Shown here piece after piece: positions 1-13,094 of a stretch of DNA of 64,000 bases. Position 1 is the first letter of the stretch; each line of letters starts with the position of its first letter. The stretch is from Mobula birostris (taxonomy: Eukaryota). The stretch is from NCBI RefSeq assembly GCF_030028105.1, contig NC_092379.1, positions 28,265,821 to 28,329,820 of the forward strand, given 5' to 3'. Made by a program: the position numbers and the translations under genes. A model generated the notes under the pieces. It did not search any database. It had not been told where the DNA came from and saw only the letters and a list, made by a program, of their open reading frames with translations.

Positions 1-670
1 CTTCACAATATCATTATCAAGTGCTTGCTCAAAAAAATGAGGCACTCTACATGAAGTGTCAGAGCCATCTCTATTTTCCGAGGAGACTGAGGTCCTTTAA
101 CATCTGTCGGACGATGCTGAGGATGTTCTACGAGTCTGTGGTGGCCAGTGCTATCATATTTGCTGTTGTGTGCTGGGGCAGCAGGCCTGAGGGTAGCAGA
201 CTCCAACAGAATCAACAAACCCATTCGTAAGGCCAGTGATGTTGTGGGGATGGAACTGGACTCTCTGACGGTGGTGTCGGAAAAGAGGATGCTGTCCAAG
301 TTGAATGCCATCTTGGACAATGATTTCCATCCACTACATAATGTACTGGTTGGGCACAGGGGTACATTCAGCCAGAGTCTCATTCCACCGAGATGCAACC
401 CTGAGCCTCATAGGAAGTCATTCCCACCTGTGGCCATCAAGCTTTACAACACCTCCCTTCGAGGGTCCGACACTCTGAGACAATAGGTCTGGTCATGGAC
501 TAATTTCCATCTGGCATAATGTACATGTTAATATTTAATTAATTCTGCTTTTATATTGCTATGTTTATACTCTATTCTTCGTTGGTACAACTGTAACGAA
601 ACCCAATTTCCCTCGGGATCAATAAAGTATGTCTATCCATCTATCTATCTATCTATCTGTCTACTTATCT
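1..670 (+). mobile_element. Rex1/Babar-group LINE, 3' end (RT C-terminus, UTR, (CTAT)n tail)
   Basis: Frameshifted ORFs ...SHLYFPRRLRSFNICRTML...HPLH...KSFPPVAIKLYN, then AATAAA and a TATC microsatellite tail; paralog at 36445-37316. Confidence 0.8.
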
Positions 671-1700
671 AAAAGGTGAGATATTGTGAAAGGAACTAAA
701 CACTGTCTTTAGGTTGCGCCGAAATGTTGGATTCCCGGCGCTGCTGCCCCTGTAAGAAACCTTTTGCAGGTGTGTTCTTTGCAGACGGTTGCACATAGTT
801 CCAGGTTATCAACCCATAGCGTATACATATATGAACAGTTTGTCTCGAGTTGAAACTCCATTTACACGTGTAGGTGTGGACTGTCTTGGACATTTTAACG
901 TGAAGGGAAGAACCAGTGCAGTGAAGAAGTATGTGGTTATATTAACCCGATCATGTATACGAGTTCTTTACATTTACGCGATATCTTCTTTGGATACACA
1001 TTATTTTGTTAGCTTTATAGCAAGAGAAATACAAGTTAGGGAACCACTCTCGGATAATACGGCAGACGTTAGTGAAGCTGAGAGTGAGGTAGGCCGGACC
1101 ATTGAAAACTGGAGCCATTCAGAGCTCATTGATGTCCTCCTACAGAAAGGAATTAAGTGGATTTCGAGCCACACCCACAAGTGGCTCATATCATGGTGGA
1201 AACTTCAGATATTAATTAGGCCTGAGTGAACGTATATTAGTTCCAATATGAAGGTATACAATCTGGACGAAGTGGTTTTTCCACGCAGTCCTTTGCAAAG
1301 AAGTGGCTATTATCAATGTGGTGCAATCACTAATGCATGCCCTGACCACACTGCTTTGGAAGAATAAACATCAAACCATCTGTTGTTTCTGAAGAGCACA
1401 CAATGCCCTTCAGGGGAGTTCCTAAAAGCAGGCATATTTACTCGTCGTAAATGGAAGCAAATAGAATATATGACGAAAATGACTCGGAAATGGTCGGCCA
1501 ATGAGTACTTACCATTGTTACCGGAACGTCATAAAATCTCAAGTATAGCGCGCATTTTCTTCGCAGGGGATATTATGATTATAGTTTAAACGCAGCGCCT
1601 CAGAACACATTGAAAATTCAAGTTTTTTTCAAGGAAGAAGATGATTTCCGCAGTAGGTGTGCATCAAATCTATCTGCCGGGGACGTTTATAAACAAGATT
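671..1700 (+). mobile_element. Degraded BEL/Pao LTR retrotransposon, integrase region
   Basis: PFTRVGVDCLGHF...KKYVVILT...SSLDT...SDN...LLQKGIKW and NHLLFLK...RRKWKQIEY...EYLPLL...GDIMII resemble BEL/Pao integrase motifs. Confidence 0.8.
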
Positions 1701-1924
1701 AGTCTTTCACTGGAGCCACTGGTTTGAGTAACTACAGTCCTAGAGATGCTGGTTGATTGTCCTGAGGATTTTGACTGAGTTACTGCCTTGACAACTCCAT
1801 TATGTGATGGTATCCTCTGGCCTAGGACATTTGCATATGTTAAGATGTTTATGGATGAAAATATCATCTCTGCTATTTCAGTTGACTGTAATAATTATGA
1901 TATTGCAATAACTGATGGCGGAGA

Positions 1925-2322
1925 TGTAGTAGCCCTCTATCTGTTTTCTGTCTGTCTGTATTGTATATTACGTTGTTAGATTTATTGTTACGATGATTTA
2001 TCGTTTGACGTTGGGATTGTTGAAGGAAAAATATATAGTCACATATTCAGCCTTTGTGCCGTAGATTTAGCATAGCTTTGATTTTTTTTGTGCTTATTTC
2101 ACTATTGCGCTTATTTTGCTAACTGTTTTTTACGCTGAACGCCTCAATATCGCTAATTTTGATCACCTGTCTTTTCTTGTTTCGTAATAAATTATCGAGC
2201 ATCCTTTGTCGACCTGATAATCACTTGTTTTGAGGCACATAATACACTGTTAATTCGCTTCTTCATCATCTCTGAGGATTTCTTTTATTTTTTCCAACTT
2301 GCTGCTACCAGTGGCGACGAGG
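1925..2322 (+). mobile_element. Putative Gypsy 5' LTR plus primer-binding site
   Basis: Starts TGTAGTAG, ends ...CTACCA, followed by TGGCGACGAGG (2312-2322), a common Gypsy PBS-type motif; Gypsy internal remnant follows. Confidence 0.55.
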
Positions 2323-2779
2323 TATTTTTATATCAGCTCAAGACAATTCATCATTATCATCATCAGTTGCCATGCCCAGTTTGAGCTTTGACTGCCATGG
2401 TCCATACACTCCTGTTTCGGGTCAAGGGAATCAATTCATTGCTATTCATTTCTAGTTCTTTGGCTGCCATCATCATTTGTCTGTGCCTTCCTTTTGCTTT
2501 CCTCCCTTCAATCGTTCCCATAATTATCGTGCATTAAAACTCCTCTCTCCTAATCACATCTCCAATGAAGTTACAATTACCTACTCAAAGCGCAGCACTA
2601 TTTTTTTGTTCTTTAGAATGGTCAACGAGACGTTCCGCGTAAAAAAAAAAGAAAAAGGAACACGTGCTTCCGGAGCATTCGTCATTCCCCTGTTCGTAAA
2701 CAGACAGTACGGCTAATAATAATATAACGTAATTATGAACTGGACAATATATAAAGAGGGATTGAGCATGTGTTTTTTT

Positions 2780-4400
2780 TTTATTTATTTCAGAAGCGGA
2801 ATCAAATCTGACGAACCTGAATGGAGGAAATTAACAGAACACTGATAATTTGTTGATACTCTTTGTGAACACTGATTGGTCGTTCAGATTAGAACGTAGA
2901 AATTTACGACAGAACATATAGAAACACTTGCGGGTTACACAGCTCATATTTAAAAGAACAATTAACATGAATGTATCAATGAAAACCGCAGCACAGACGC
3001 AATTCAGTTGCGGTCAGGAATGAAATTCAGCGTGAAAAACTTACAACGTCTGAGCAAATACGTTCCTGCTGACGAAACTGTCTTTCTTTTCTTGTAGGAG
3101 CTCCAACACATCAGAACAATGCAATTTTAAAGGTGAAAGTTGCAGAGATATGCAACAAGGTAAGACATGGCGGGCAAACAGGAATAAACGGACTGCACAA
3201 GTAAGAGGAAGAGAAAAAAAAAGTCAAGGGTCAGTTTCCAAAGAGCACCAATCAGCCTGACTTTGACGATAAATTCTGATAAAGAAAAGTGTCAACGGAC
3301 GTGCAGCCTTGAGATTCACAATCTGTAAATTAACAAGAGACAATCAGTAAGGGATAAACCGAATAGAACGGTAAAATAATAGACACTCTCTCGGCTGCGA
3401 CAGTCAGTCTTTCCAATGAGCGTGAAAAAGAAGCTGGCAGATAATCAACCTATTGTGAAAAACAGATAACTACTGTATGAATGACATTAGTAATGGAAAA
3501 TGCAACAGTCAACAAGACCAGCAATGAGGGTCGCTTTTGGCTGAGAAGACTACAACTTGATTGGAGATGCATCCAGCGTTTGTTTGCAAATCCCTGCAAA
3601 ATCAGCTGAAAGTGAAGTAATAAAGGTACTGGATAATGCCACAGCAGTACTGAGTATATTTCAGAATTTTTCCAGCGGATCAAGAGTAAAATAGTATCAA
3701 CTAAATATTTCACATACTAGTTATACATTGCATTTCCGTTCCTTGCACCATCCCTAGTTTGGAGTGTAAAACCTTTTAACCAGCACTGGGTTGGGAACCA
3801 GATTACCTTCATTAATGACCATCAGTCACTTATGTCTATTCTAGATCCAGATAAGCATGTTTCACTGTGGGTAACGGTACGACTACAGAGACAAACGGCT
3901 GAGACAAACTGAAAACTTCTCAAACAAGGAGCACAAAGTTTCAGTTTGAGACAAATAGTTCTGTCGAGGAAATATGTTGGTGATCAAAAGCGAGTGCTTG
4001 AAAATTTTAAGGACAGAACTGGATCACTGCTCTGGACAGTAGAGATTATGTTCTATATCCTCCGGAGACAACACATTGAACAGTTGGGGACATTAGAATC
4101 AATCGATGAGAAGAAAGAACTCCAGAGAAGTCAGAAAAGCCTTCTAGATTCCCAGACTAAATTCCTACTACCCCAAAGTTGGCGGCCCCCAGTCTGATAT
4201 TGGTTTATTGCAACAAATTTCACCTGTCAGGTAGAATTATACTCCCACTACCCTTGACAAGAAAGAAGATATCCCACGGGTATAGAGAATTATCCAGAGA
4301 CAGTGAACCTACGAGTCTGAATGGAGCAATTCAAACTTCACTGTGCTGTGAATGTTAATAGTTTAAATATATTGTTTGAGAAAGCATTATTTGTATGGTT
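2780..4400 (+). mobile_element. Degraded Ty3/Gypsy internal region (protease, RNase H remnants)
   Basis: GRFWLRRLQLDWRCI and SLVWSVKPFNQHWVGNQITFINDHQSLMSILDPDKHVSLWVTVRLQR resemble Gypsy pol motifs; many stops. Confidence 0.65.
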
Positions 4401-4577
4401 ACATAACTGATTACATGTTTCATAAACTTAAGTGCATGAGCGGCGAAAGTCATTAGGCCGCGCCATGAAAAGAAAGCGCTAAGTAGAAACGCTTTCTATG
4501 CTCCCTTCTGTTTCCTTAGATTATTTTGACTCAATAACAGTGAAGTCGGATATGAATCACCAAGTGTTCCTTGAAGC

Positions 4578-5850
4578 CAGATGGACTATTCCTCTTCTCA
4601 CCCTGTCTCTTGCAAAAACGCCATCCCCTTCTCGCAATTCCTCCGTCTCCGCCGCATCTGCTCTTAGGATGAGGCTTTTCATTCTAGGACGAGAGAAATG
4701 TCTTCCTTTTTTAACGAAAGGGGCTTCCCTTCCTCCACTATCAATTCTGCTCTTAAACACATCTCCCCCATTTCACGTACACCTGCTCTCACTCCATCCT
4801 CCCGCCACCCCACTAGGAATAGGGTTCCCTGGTCCTCACCTACCACCCCACCAGCCTACGGGTCCAACATATTATTCTCCGTAACTTCCGCCACCTCCAA
4901 CGGGACCCCACCACTAAGCACATCTTCCCCTCCCCCCCACCGCATTCCGCAGGGATCGCTCTTTACGCAACTCCCTTGTCCATTCGTCCGCCACCCCCAT
5001 CCCTCCCCACTGATCTCCCTCCTGGCACTTATCCGTGTAAGCGGAACAAGTGCTGCACATGCCCTTACACTTCCTCCCTTACCACCATTCAGGGCCCCAA
5101 ACAGTCCTTCCAGGTGAGGCAACACTTCACCTGTGAGTCGACTGGGGTGATATATTGCGTCCGGTGCTCCCGATGTGGCCTTATATATATTGGCGAGACC
5201 CGACGCAGACTGGGAGACCGCTTTGCTGAACATCTACGCTCTGTCCGCCAGAGAAAGCAGGATCTCCCTTTGGCCACACATTCTAATTCCACATCCCATT
5301 CCCATTCTGACATGTCCATCCACGGCCTCCTCTACTGTAAAGATGAAGCCACACTGAGGTTGGAGGAACAACACCTTATATTATGTCTGGGTAGCCTCCA
5401 ACCTGATGGCATGAACATCGACTTCTCTAACTTCCGCTGATGCCCCACTTCCCCTTCGTACCCCATCTGTTACTTATTTTTATACACACATACTTTCTCT
5501 CACTGTCCTTTTTCTCCCTCTGTTCCTCTGAATATACCCCTTGCCCATCTTCTGGGTTGACCCCCCCCCCCGCCGTCTTTCTTACCGGACCTCCTATCCC
5601 ATCCTCCTGTCCCATGATCCTCTCGTATCCCGTTTGCCTATCACCTGTCCAGCTCTTGGCTCCGTCCCTCCCCCTCCTGTCTTCTCCTATTATTTTGGAT
5701 CTCCCCCTCCCCCTCCAATTTTCAAATCCCTTACTCACTCTTCCTTCAGTTAGTCCTGACGAAGGATCTTGGCCTGAAACGTCGACTGCACCTCTTCCTA
5801 GAGATGCTGCCTGGCCTGCTGCGTTCACCAGCAAATTTTATGTGTGTTGC
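4578..5850 (+). mobile_element. Penelope-like element, 5'-truncated, with open GIY-YIG domain; present only in copy A
   Basis: ORF 4976-5440 VIYCVRCSRCGLIYIGETRRRLGDRFAEH; empty site in copy B near 41103. Confidence 0.9.
5751..5788 (+). ncRNA. Minimal type I hammerhead ribozyme motif (Penelope 3' region)
   Basis: TAGTC-CTGACGA-AGG(atcttgg)CCT-GAAAC-GTC-GACTG: intact core, stems I and II, GUC cleavage triplet. Confidence 0.8.
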
Positions 5851-7670
5851 TGGTGTTATGAACGCCGTCTTCCACTCATCTCCCTAGCGGTCTATAGAAC
5901 CAGTTTCGTGAAGCTCCAGTTTGGGAGTGTTTTAATGCACTATTCATTGAGTGGAGAGTTTGGCATTCTATATATTTATTTTGTAAAGTCTACAGTAGTG
6001 AATGCATGGATGAACACCACAATTTATTCTCTTTTCTTAAACATAAGGACTCTACACTGGGGTTGAGGACTGGGATTTTTGAATGTAGGCATTCCGTAGC
6101 GCATCACAGATATACTCACTCAAGGCTCTGGCCTCAGGATGAGCGAAGTGTAACAGACGAAACGGGCAGGGGAGATTCCCGGGAGTTATGGTCCTCCTGC
6201 TGCTGTGAGGCAGCAAAATGCAGGTTTTCATTTTACTAAAGGCAATGGCTAAGTAAGTGTATTCCTGTGGGAATTTGGTGAGGTCGTGAGATTTACCGGG
6301 TGAAGTCAATTGGAGTTGCAGGCAGATGACTTCCCCAGCTCATCAGTGAGCCTGATGACTCGGCGAAATGAGGGTGGTAACTCAATACGATATGAGTTTT
6401 GGGTGAGTCGGTAAGTACGAATTTGTTGGCACGACCTATTTATTCTCCGATGTTCAAGTTACCAGGTCCTCTGGGTGTTCTGACCATCTTAATTCCAATG
6501 GGAACTCCATCACATTCCGTTTATGCAGAGGTGGTAGAGATCAGCTGGATGGGGGGTCGGACTTGCACACAGAGAGCCATTTCCAGGAGGTTGCATCCTG
6601 CACTGAGTAGATTATGGACTTCTATCCACGTAGAGCGGTCGAGGCGTGGAGGAAGACAGAGTGAGAGAATTAGGCTTCGTTACAGGAAGGACCAAGAAGG
6701 AATTCGTCTCCACCTGCTTGTGCCGTTTCTTGGGTGAACTAGAAAAAGGATGTGTGGGTGATCGGAAGCTGCGTAGTAAGGGCAAATTATGTTACTGCAC
6801 TAGTCCTTCATACTGTTGGGGCTGGGAGCTGTAAGGTTCTGGGCAATAAGTATCTCCTGCTACCAGCGTTGGTTCTGTGCGCCTTGATGATGAGGATCCT
6901 GCAGCCTGAACTATTCCTGGGAACGAAATAAGCTTCCTGGATGTTATTTTAGGGAGTCGTCCCATCAGCAAGTTGTGAATTATGATGGCTAGAAGGGTAG
7001 AAGTATTTGTGTTCGTTGGGCCTCTCACCGGTGTACAAACTGCACAGGCGCCCTGATATACTCTGATGCTATTAGGCGAATAGCGCTTTCAAAATCCAGT
7101 CCTAAAATTGACGATGTTATCGAAAACAGAGCATGAAACACAAAAGGCGAAGTATCTATTATGCTAATCACTATCCACTTCCTTGATGGTCGAATAGCAA
7201 AAGCAACTCAACAACGTATTAGTAATAATTATTACAAATAACGATTTTATTTTCCCAAATCAAGGTGGCCCCGACAGAGTCCCAATTTAGGAGAGAGATT
7301 AGAAGGGCTATCTTGGCTCTGTACATGGAATATAGAGATAGCAGGAGCTCGAAGTGTAAGATACCACTAGTACAGGAAGTTGAAACATCTTCTTGCAGAT
7401 CTGTTGAAGCGTTCGTGTACTGCAATGTTGGACTCAGAGCTAGGAGGTAGAATGGCGTTCTATTGCTGTTGCGATATGAAAAGTTGTTTGAAATTGGCGA
7501 GCGGGTGATCAATAGCTTCCTGCTGCTAAGGGATCGTGTGCTTCTGTCGACAGTTGATTTCCTTTGGAAGACCATACTTTGTTGGGTCAATAACTGGTTC
7601 ACCCATCCTCTAAGAAATGTAGAACAGGTTTCACCTAAAAACCAGAGCAGCGGATCCGACTTACAAGTAA
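5851..7670 (-). mobile_element. Degraded Ty3/Gypsy (sushi/Tf2-like) gag-pro-RT fragment
   Basis: Minus strand: gag RAKIALLISLLNW, then RT PQEY..LAIAFSK..LLPH...EARALSEYI...CIHYCRL...GDEWKTAFITP. Confidence 0.75.
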
Positions 7671-7679
7671 ACGCACACG

Positions 7680-8480
7680 CCAATCTGAAGGTAACACATC
7701 CAAATATTCAACTGACGATGGATGTCGAGAAGAATTGTTGACTCCCCATCGTGGACATTCTAATAAAACTGACACCGGATGCTAGTGTTGGATGCCAAAT
7801 AACATGGACTTATACATCAAAATAATTGTCGCCATTATACCTCACAATGTACAGCGGTGTTTTCACTGTGGATTAACCATGGGAAAGCTATTTCGGAGCA
7901 GGAGACAATTGAGCACGACTTTTCTACAGAATGCTTACCATGGGAATGAAATTTATCGGGGCCTTAAAAAGGAAGACGGGAAAAAAAAAACAAACAAAAA
8001 TAAACGGGGCACCTCAGATCGTGGAAAAAGCTACCACCTATCTTCCCTATTTCGCCGTTGGTTCTGAAAAGTCTCCAGGATCCTGACGAAGTGACGGATA
8101 AATGCCTCCCACAAACAAGAAAGGAAGCTCACATTTCAGGTTTTGTGGTTCAATGATGACCAGGGACTCCGTGCGGCTAGATTCCCTATGCATATAAAGC
8201 AGCGAATTTTGCCCAGACGGGACAAGCCGTGGAAAGTCGAAGTGGGCAGAGGAACTGTGTGCACTTGGTTTACTTGGTGAAGTGTGCGGCCGCAGAAGAT
8301 GGCATAGGCAATGCCTACACGAGTGCAGTCGACGAGGCAAAGCTACTGTCCTGCGGCGATAGCTTTTGGACCAGCTGGTAAAGAAAACGTTGAAATAAGA
8401 CCAGAGAATTAGAACGTCATCAAAGAGAAAGTTGAGACTATAAATTAGAACTGGAATAGAAGTTTACACACAATAGGACA
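7680..8480 (+). mobile_element. Degraded Penelope-like element (RT end and GIY-YIG), different subfamily
   Basis: HPNIQLTMDVEKNC*LPIVDIL; downstream AQTGQAV and KCAAAE/SFWTSW*RK remnants with frameshifts. Confidence 0.65.
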
Positions 8481-8619
8481 ACGGAAACGCATTTTTTCAG
8501 GACTAGCCAATCAAGAAGGACTGACCATGGGAATAGAGTATATATGTCACTGGACTTGACATGTCTACACTCATTCCTCATGAAAATGACAGAGTTTGGT
8601 ATCGAAACGTAGATTATAA

Positions 8620-9200
8620 TCCACACTTTGACAGTTGGAACCGGCAGTAAGTCGAGGGGAGTATATGTGGCATCAAGTATCGCACATACTCTTATGTGGA
8701 ATTTCTACATACCGATTAAGAAAGCTTTCCTGACCACATTTTACAAGCACTACCTCATCGAGTCCTTTTACTGCATGAGAGTTCCAGACAATATGTGGGA
8801 AGTTATTATCACCTATTTAACAACGCTGTGCTTCTTGCATTACTCTGCGACGTCTCTACAAATTTCTTCCTTTCAGATTCCGATTATTGAGTGATCTGTA
8901 ATATAGACCGATTGATGTGGACATGTCTTTCGCAATTCCCAGCCCATCCATAACGCCTCAGTTAGTTGAGTTACTCACGTTGAACTGATTGAGCATTTTC
9001 ACGAATTTTCACTAATTCGTAACACAATCGTTTTTCATTTAAATCCTGCTCTTCTCTCGCGTCCTAAGCAAAGGAACCGCGGGATAATGAGTTGTTATTC
9101 CTATCAATTCTGCAACCAAGTCTCACCAATGGCTACAATATATAATTTCCTGCGTCCATTTATGCCCTGAGCTGAACTGACTTTGTGAAGATTCCTCTAG
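8620..9200 (-). mobile_element. CR1 LINE endonuclease fragment
   Basis: Minus strand IGLYYRS...GDNNFPHIVW...VKCGQESFLNRYV. Confidence 0.6.
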
Positions 9201-10422
9201 TAGTGAAATAAACGCAAGTCAGGACATCCGGCACAACATTCTCAAAGTTTTGATTGCTGATATTGTCTGAAATGTTAACAACGTCTGTCTTTCTACTATC
9301 TGCTCTTACACTCTACGGCCCAACACTACCAAATCTTCAGAGTAGGACATTGTCCCTCCTCTAATTTAATTGTAACCGTCTGTTCTGTAGAGAACGCACT
9401 TTCCCTGGAAGACAACCGAATAATCCAAAAATCTCACGTGCTCCCTCATAGACCAACTCTTTATTTAACTGTATCATTTACCAACTTCTGGCCTCACGAG
9501 GACGTGGCACAGTGAACAGTGCTGAGATCACAGTTCTGGAGATCCTATCCTCTAGCGTAGCATCCAAATCATTCAGATCACTGCAGAACCTGGTCAGTCT
9601 TACTATTAATGGCACTGCTACTTACGTGGGCAATGACATCTGGTTGTTCGAACACCCATCTAAAATTCTGAAAACTCGATTCGGGAAGTCCTGGACACTG
9701 GCACTGTGGATCAACAGTTCCGTGCGAGCAGCACTTACTGGGCAACTCAAAGCTTGTGTTGCCGGTATTCAGCAGCAGTTCAAGATATGCAGCCATGATC
9801 CGCGCAACCTAAATATGGCAGCAAAACAACAGTACAGGAACAACATCGAGACTCAACTTTTACCAACTACCACCTCAACTTACGACAAGGTCTGTACACC
9901 ATCGCAGAACCAGAGCTAAAGGCAGTGGATTTTCCAACATTGCTGCCTCTCTCCCAGACGAGCTAAATCTTTGTACGCTTGATTCCCTGTTGCCAATACT
10001 GAGCTCCTGAGGAGACCTGCAAATGATGTGACCGGCAGCCTGGTTATTTCTGAGGCTGAAATGCGCAGGTGTTTCCAACGAGTGGACATTCACCAGACTG
10101 TGGGACCGGGCGGCATCCCAGGGCGGGTACTCATGATGTGCGCGGCACCACAGGCAGATTGGGTAACAGACATTCATAATCTATCCGTCTCCCAATGTAG
10201 AGTGCCATCCTGCTTCAATACATCGGTCATCGGTTATTGCTCCTGTATCTAAATGACCAAAGTAACATGTCCGGACGCCTGACGTACTGTTGGACTCTCT
10301 TCGGTAACAAGCCAATGCTTTGAGTGGCAGTTAGGGACTATATCTGAGGCATGCTACAACCAACACTGAACCCCCTACAATTCAGCTGTCAACATAACCG
10401 TACAGTAGATGACTCAATAGCC

Positions 10423-11910
10423 CCATTTATGCATGTCTCTTCGTCGGTTATGTGCCGCAACTATGCCTGTATCTTCGTTGGTTATGTGGAACAGTCTATG
10501 CTCCAAACCTATACTGGTACTGTTCCCCAACTTTTCCTTCTCTGCATTGACGACTACATTGGTGTTGCTTCTTGCACGAGTGCAGAGTTCGTCAATTTTA
10601 TCGACTTTACTTCAAACTTCCACCCAGCCCTTTAAATCACTTGGCCCATTCGGACACTTCTCTCCCCTTTCTTGATCACGTGGTCTGGAGACAAACTGTG
10701 CACTGAAACCTTCCATAAGCCCATTGACTCTCAAAACTACCTAGACTATACCTCTTCCCACCCAGCCACATGCAAAAATGCCATTCCCTTTTTCCAGTCT
10801 CAGCCGCATCTGCTCCCAAGATGAGGCTTTCCGTTCCAGGACATCTCAAATATCCTCTTTCTGAAGGGGCTTGGTTTCCCTTCTGCCGTCATCTCTGATG
10901 CCCTCACCCGCATCTCCTCCATTTACCACACTTCGGCCCTCACCCCATCCTCCCGTCACCACAGCAGGGACAGAATTCCCCTTGCCCTCACCTACCACCC
11001 CACCAGTATCCGGATCCAGCAGATTACCCTCCGCAACTTCAGCTACCTTCAACAAGACACCTCCAATATGCACATTTTTCCTCTGCAGCCCTATCCGCTT
11101 TCCGCAGGGATCGTTACTTCCGCCACACCCTGGTCCACACGCCCCTTCCCACGGATCTCCCGCCCGGGACTTATCCCTGTAAGCATAAGTGCTACACCTG
11201 TCCCTACACCTCTCTTGCCACCAATCAGGGCCCCAACCAGTCCTTCCAGGTGAAACAACACCTCGCTTGTGAGTCTGTTGGGGTTACCTGTTGCATCGCT
11301 GCTCCCGGTGCGGCATCCTCTACATCGGTGAAACCCGAGGCAGATTGGGGGACCGCTTCGTCGAGCATATCCGCTCCGTCTGCCACAACAGACAGGATCT
11401 CCCGGTTGCCACCCACATCAAGTCTGCTTCGCATTCCCATTCGGATATGTCCATGCATGGCCTCGTATACTGCCATGATGAAGTTAAACTCAGGTTGGAG
11501 GAGCAACACCAAATATACCGTCTGGGTAGTCTCCAGCCCCTTGGTATGCAAATTGAATTCTCCAGCTTCCGTTAATTCCCTTCTCCCTCTTCCTCCATCC
11601 CAGTTTTACTCTGCCCCCTCCCCCACCTGCCTATCACCTCCCTCAGGGTTCCGCCACCTTCCACTACCCGTTCTGTTTTCCCCTATTTCTTCTTCACCTT
11701 TTCTGTCTATCCCTCCCTGCTTCCCCTGCCATACCCCTTTATCTTTTCAATTTCCGTTTTTTTTTTCACCTGGCTCCTAGCAGCCGTCTCCTTCCCATCC
11801 CTCCACCACCTTCTCTATAGGGCCTCTGCCCCTTCCCTCTTCAGTCCTGATGAATGGTACCGGCCCAAAATGTTGACTGATCATTTCTCCTCCAGCGTGT
11901 TGTGTGTGTA
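10423..11910 (+). mobile_element. Penelope-like element nested in the LINE (shared with copy B)
   Basis: YACIFVGYVEQSM...CIDDYIG (RT) and CSRCGILYIGETRGRLGDRFVEH (GIY-YIG); the interrupted LINE resumes after 11910. Confidence 0.85.
11841..11880 (+). ncRNA. Degenerate hammerhead ribozyme motif
   Basis: TCAGTC-CTGATGA-...-AAAA-T-GTT-GACTGA: perfect 6-bp stem I, but GAAAC is mutated to AAAAT. Confidence 0.6.
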
Positions 11911-13094
11911 CCTCTATACACCGTCCTTACACTTCTAGAGAAGCGGGTTGCTTATGTACTAATGTTGTTCTTGGACTACCGTTCATCATTCAAAACTGTA
12001 ATTCCCTCCAGGCTCAAAAAGAAGTTAAGAGACATCGGTCTTCACTCTGACTTCTGTAGCTGGATCCTGGACTTTCTGTCAGTTTGCCGCAGGTGGTAAG
12101 AAAGGGCCCCCTCACCACTGCCCCTCTGACCCTGAACACATGCGGCCCAGATCTGTGTACAAAGCCTCCTCCTTTACTCTTTGATTACCAGTTACTGTAT
12201 CCCTACCCAGATCTCCAATCTGGTAATTAAATTTGCTGAGAACACTACATGATTGACCTAAGCTCAACCAATAATGAGGGAGACTAGAGAAAAGACTTCA
12301 CTACCCTGACACAGTGGCATCAAGAAAATAACTTCTCTCCTAATGTCGCAGAACAAAAAAGAAAAAACAAAGAAACAAACAAAGAAGCTGGTTGTTGACT
12401 ACAGACAGAATGGAGACAGGCTAACCACGATTGACATCAATGGATCTTTTAACCTCAAGTTCTTCGGCATACAAATCACTGAGGATGTGACTTGTTCGGT
12501 ACATACCGGTTGTGTGGTAAAAAAGGCAAAAAAAAAAAAAAAACGCCTCTTTCACCTCAGAAGGTTGAAGAAGTTTGGTATTGAAGTCCAAATACGAAGA
12601 ACGCTCTATTCGGGCACAACTCAGAGCAGCCTGACTGGCTGCCTCACTGCGTGGTGTTGGAACTGTACTTCCCTCAATCGCTGAACTCCGCTGAGAGCGA
12701 TTCGGACAGCGCATCTGTAGGTGCGACCTACCCACTATTCACGACATTTACAAAGAGAAGTGTGTAAAAAGGGCACGAAGGATCGTTAGAGATCCGAGAC
12801 ACTCCAAGCACAAAGACTTCCAGCTGCTGCTGTCCGGGATACGGGACTGCAGGATAAAATCCAGGACCATAAGGCTCCGGAACAGTTTCCTTCACCAAGC
12901 CATCAGACGTATTAACTCATGCTGATACAATTGTATTTCAAGTTATTTGCACTTCCCTGTTGTACATCGTATTTATTATATTTGTTTTTATAAATTGCAC
13001 ATTGCATATTTAAAAGGAAATGTAACGTGAAGATATGTACTCCTCATTTAAATGAAGAATGCATGTAACAAAGTCAATTCTATTCAATTCAATT

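Noticed and set aside
6399-7741. Plus-strand ORFs conserved in both copies, first suspected to be an endogenous virus or novel gene
   Set aside because: They are antisense to decayed Gypsy gag-pro-RT; conservation reflects the duplication
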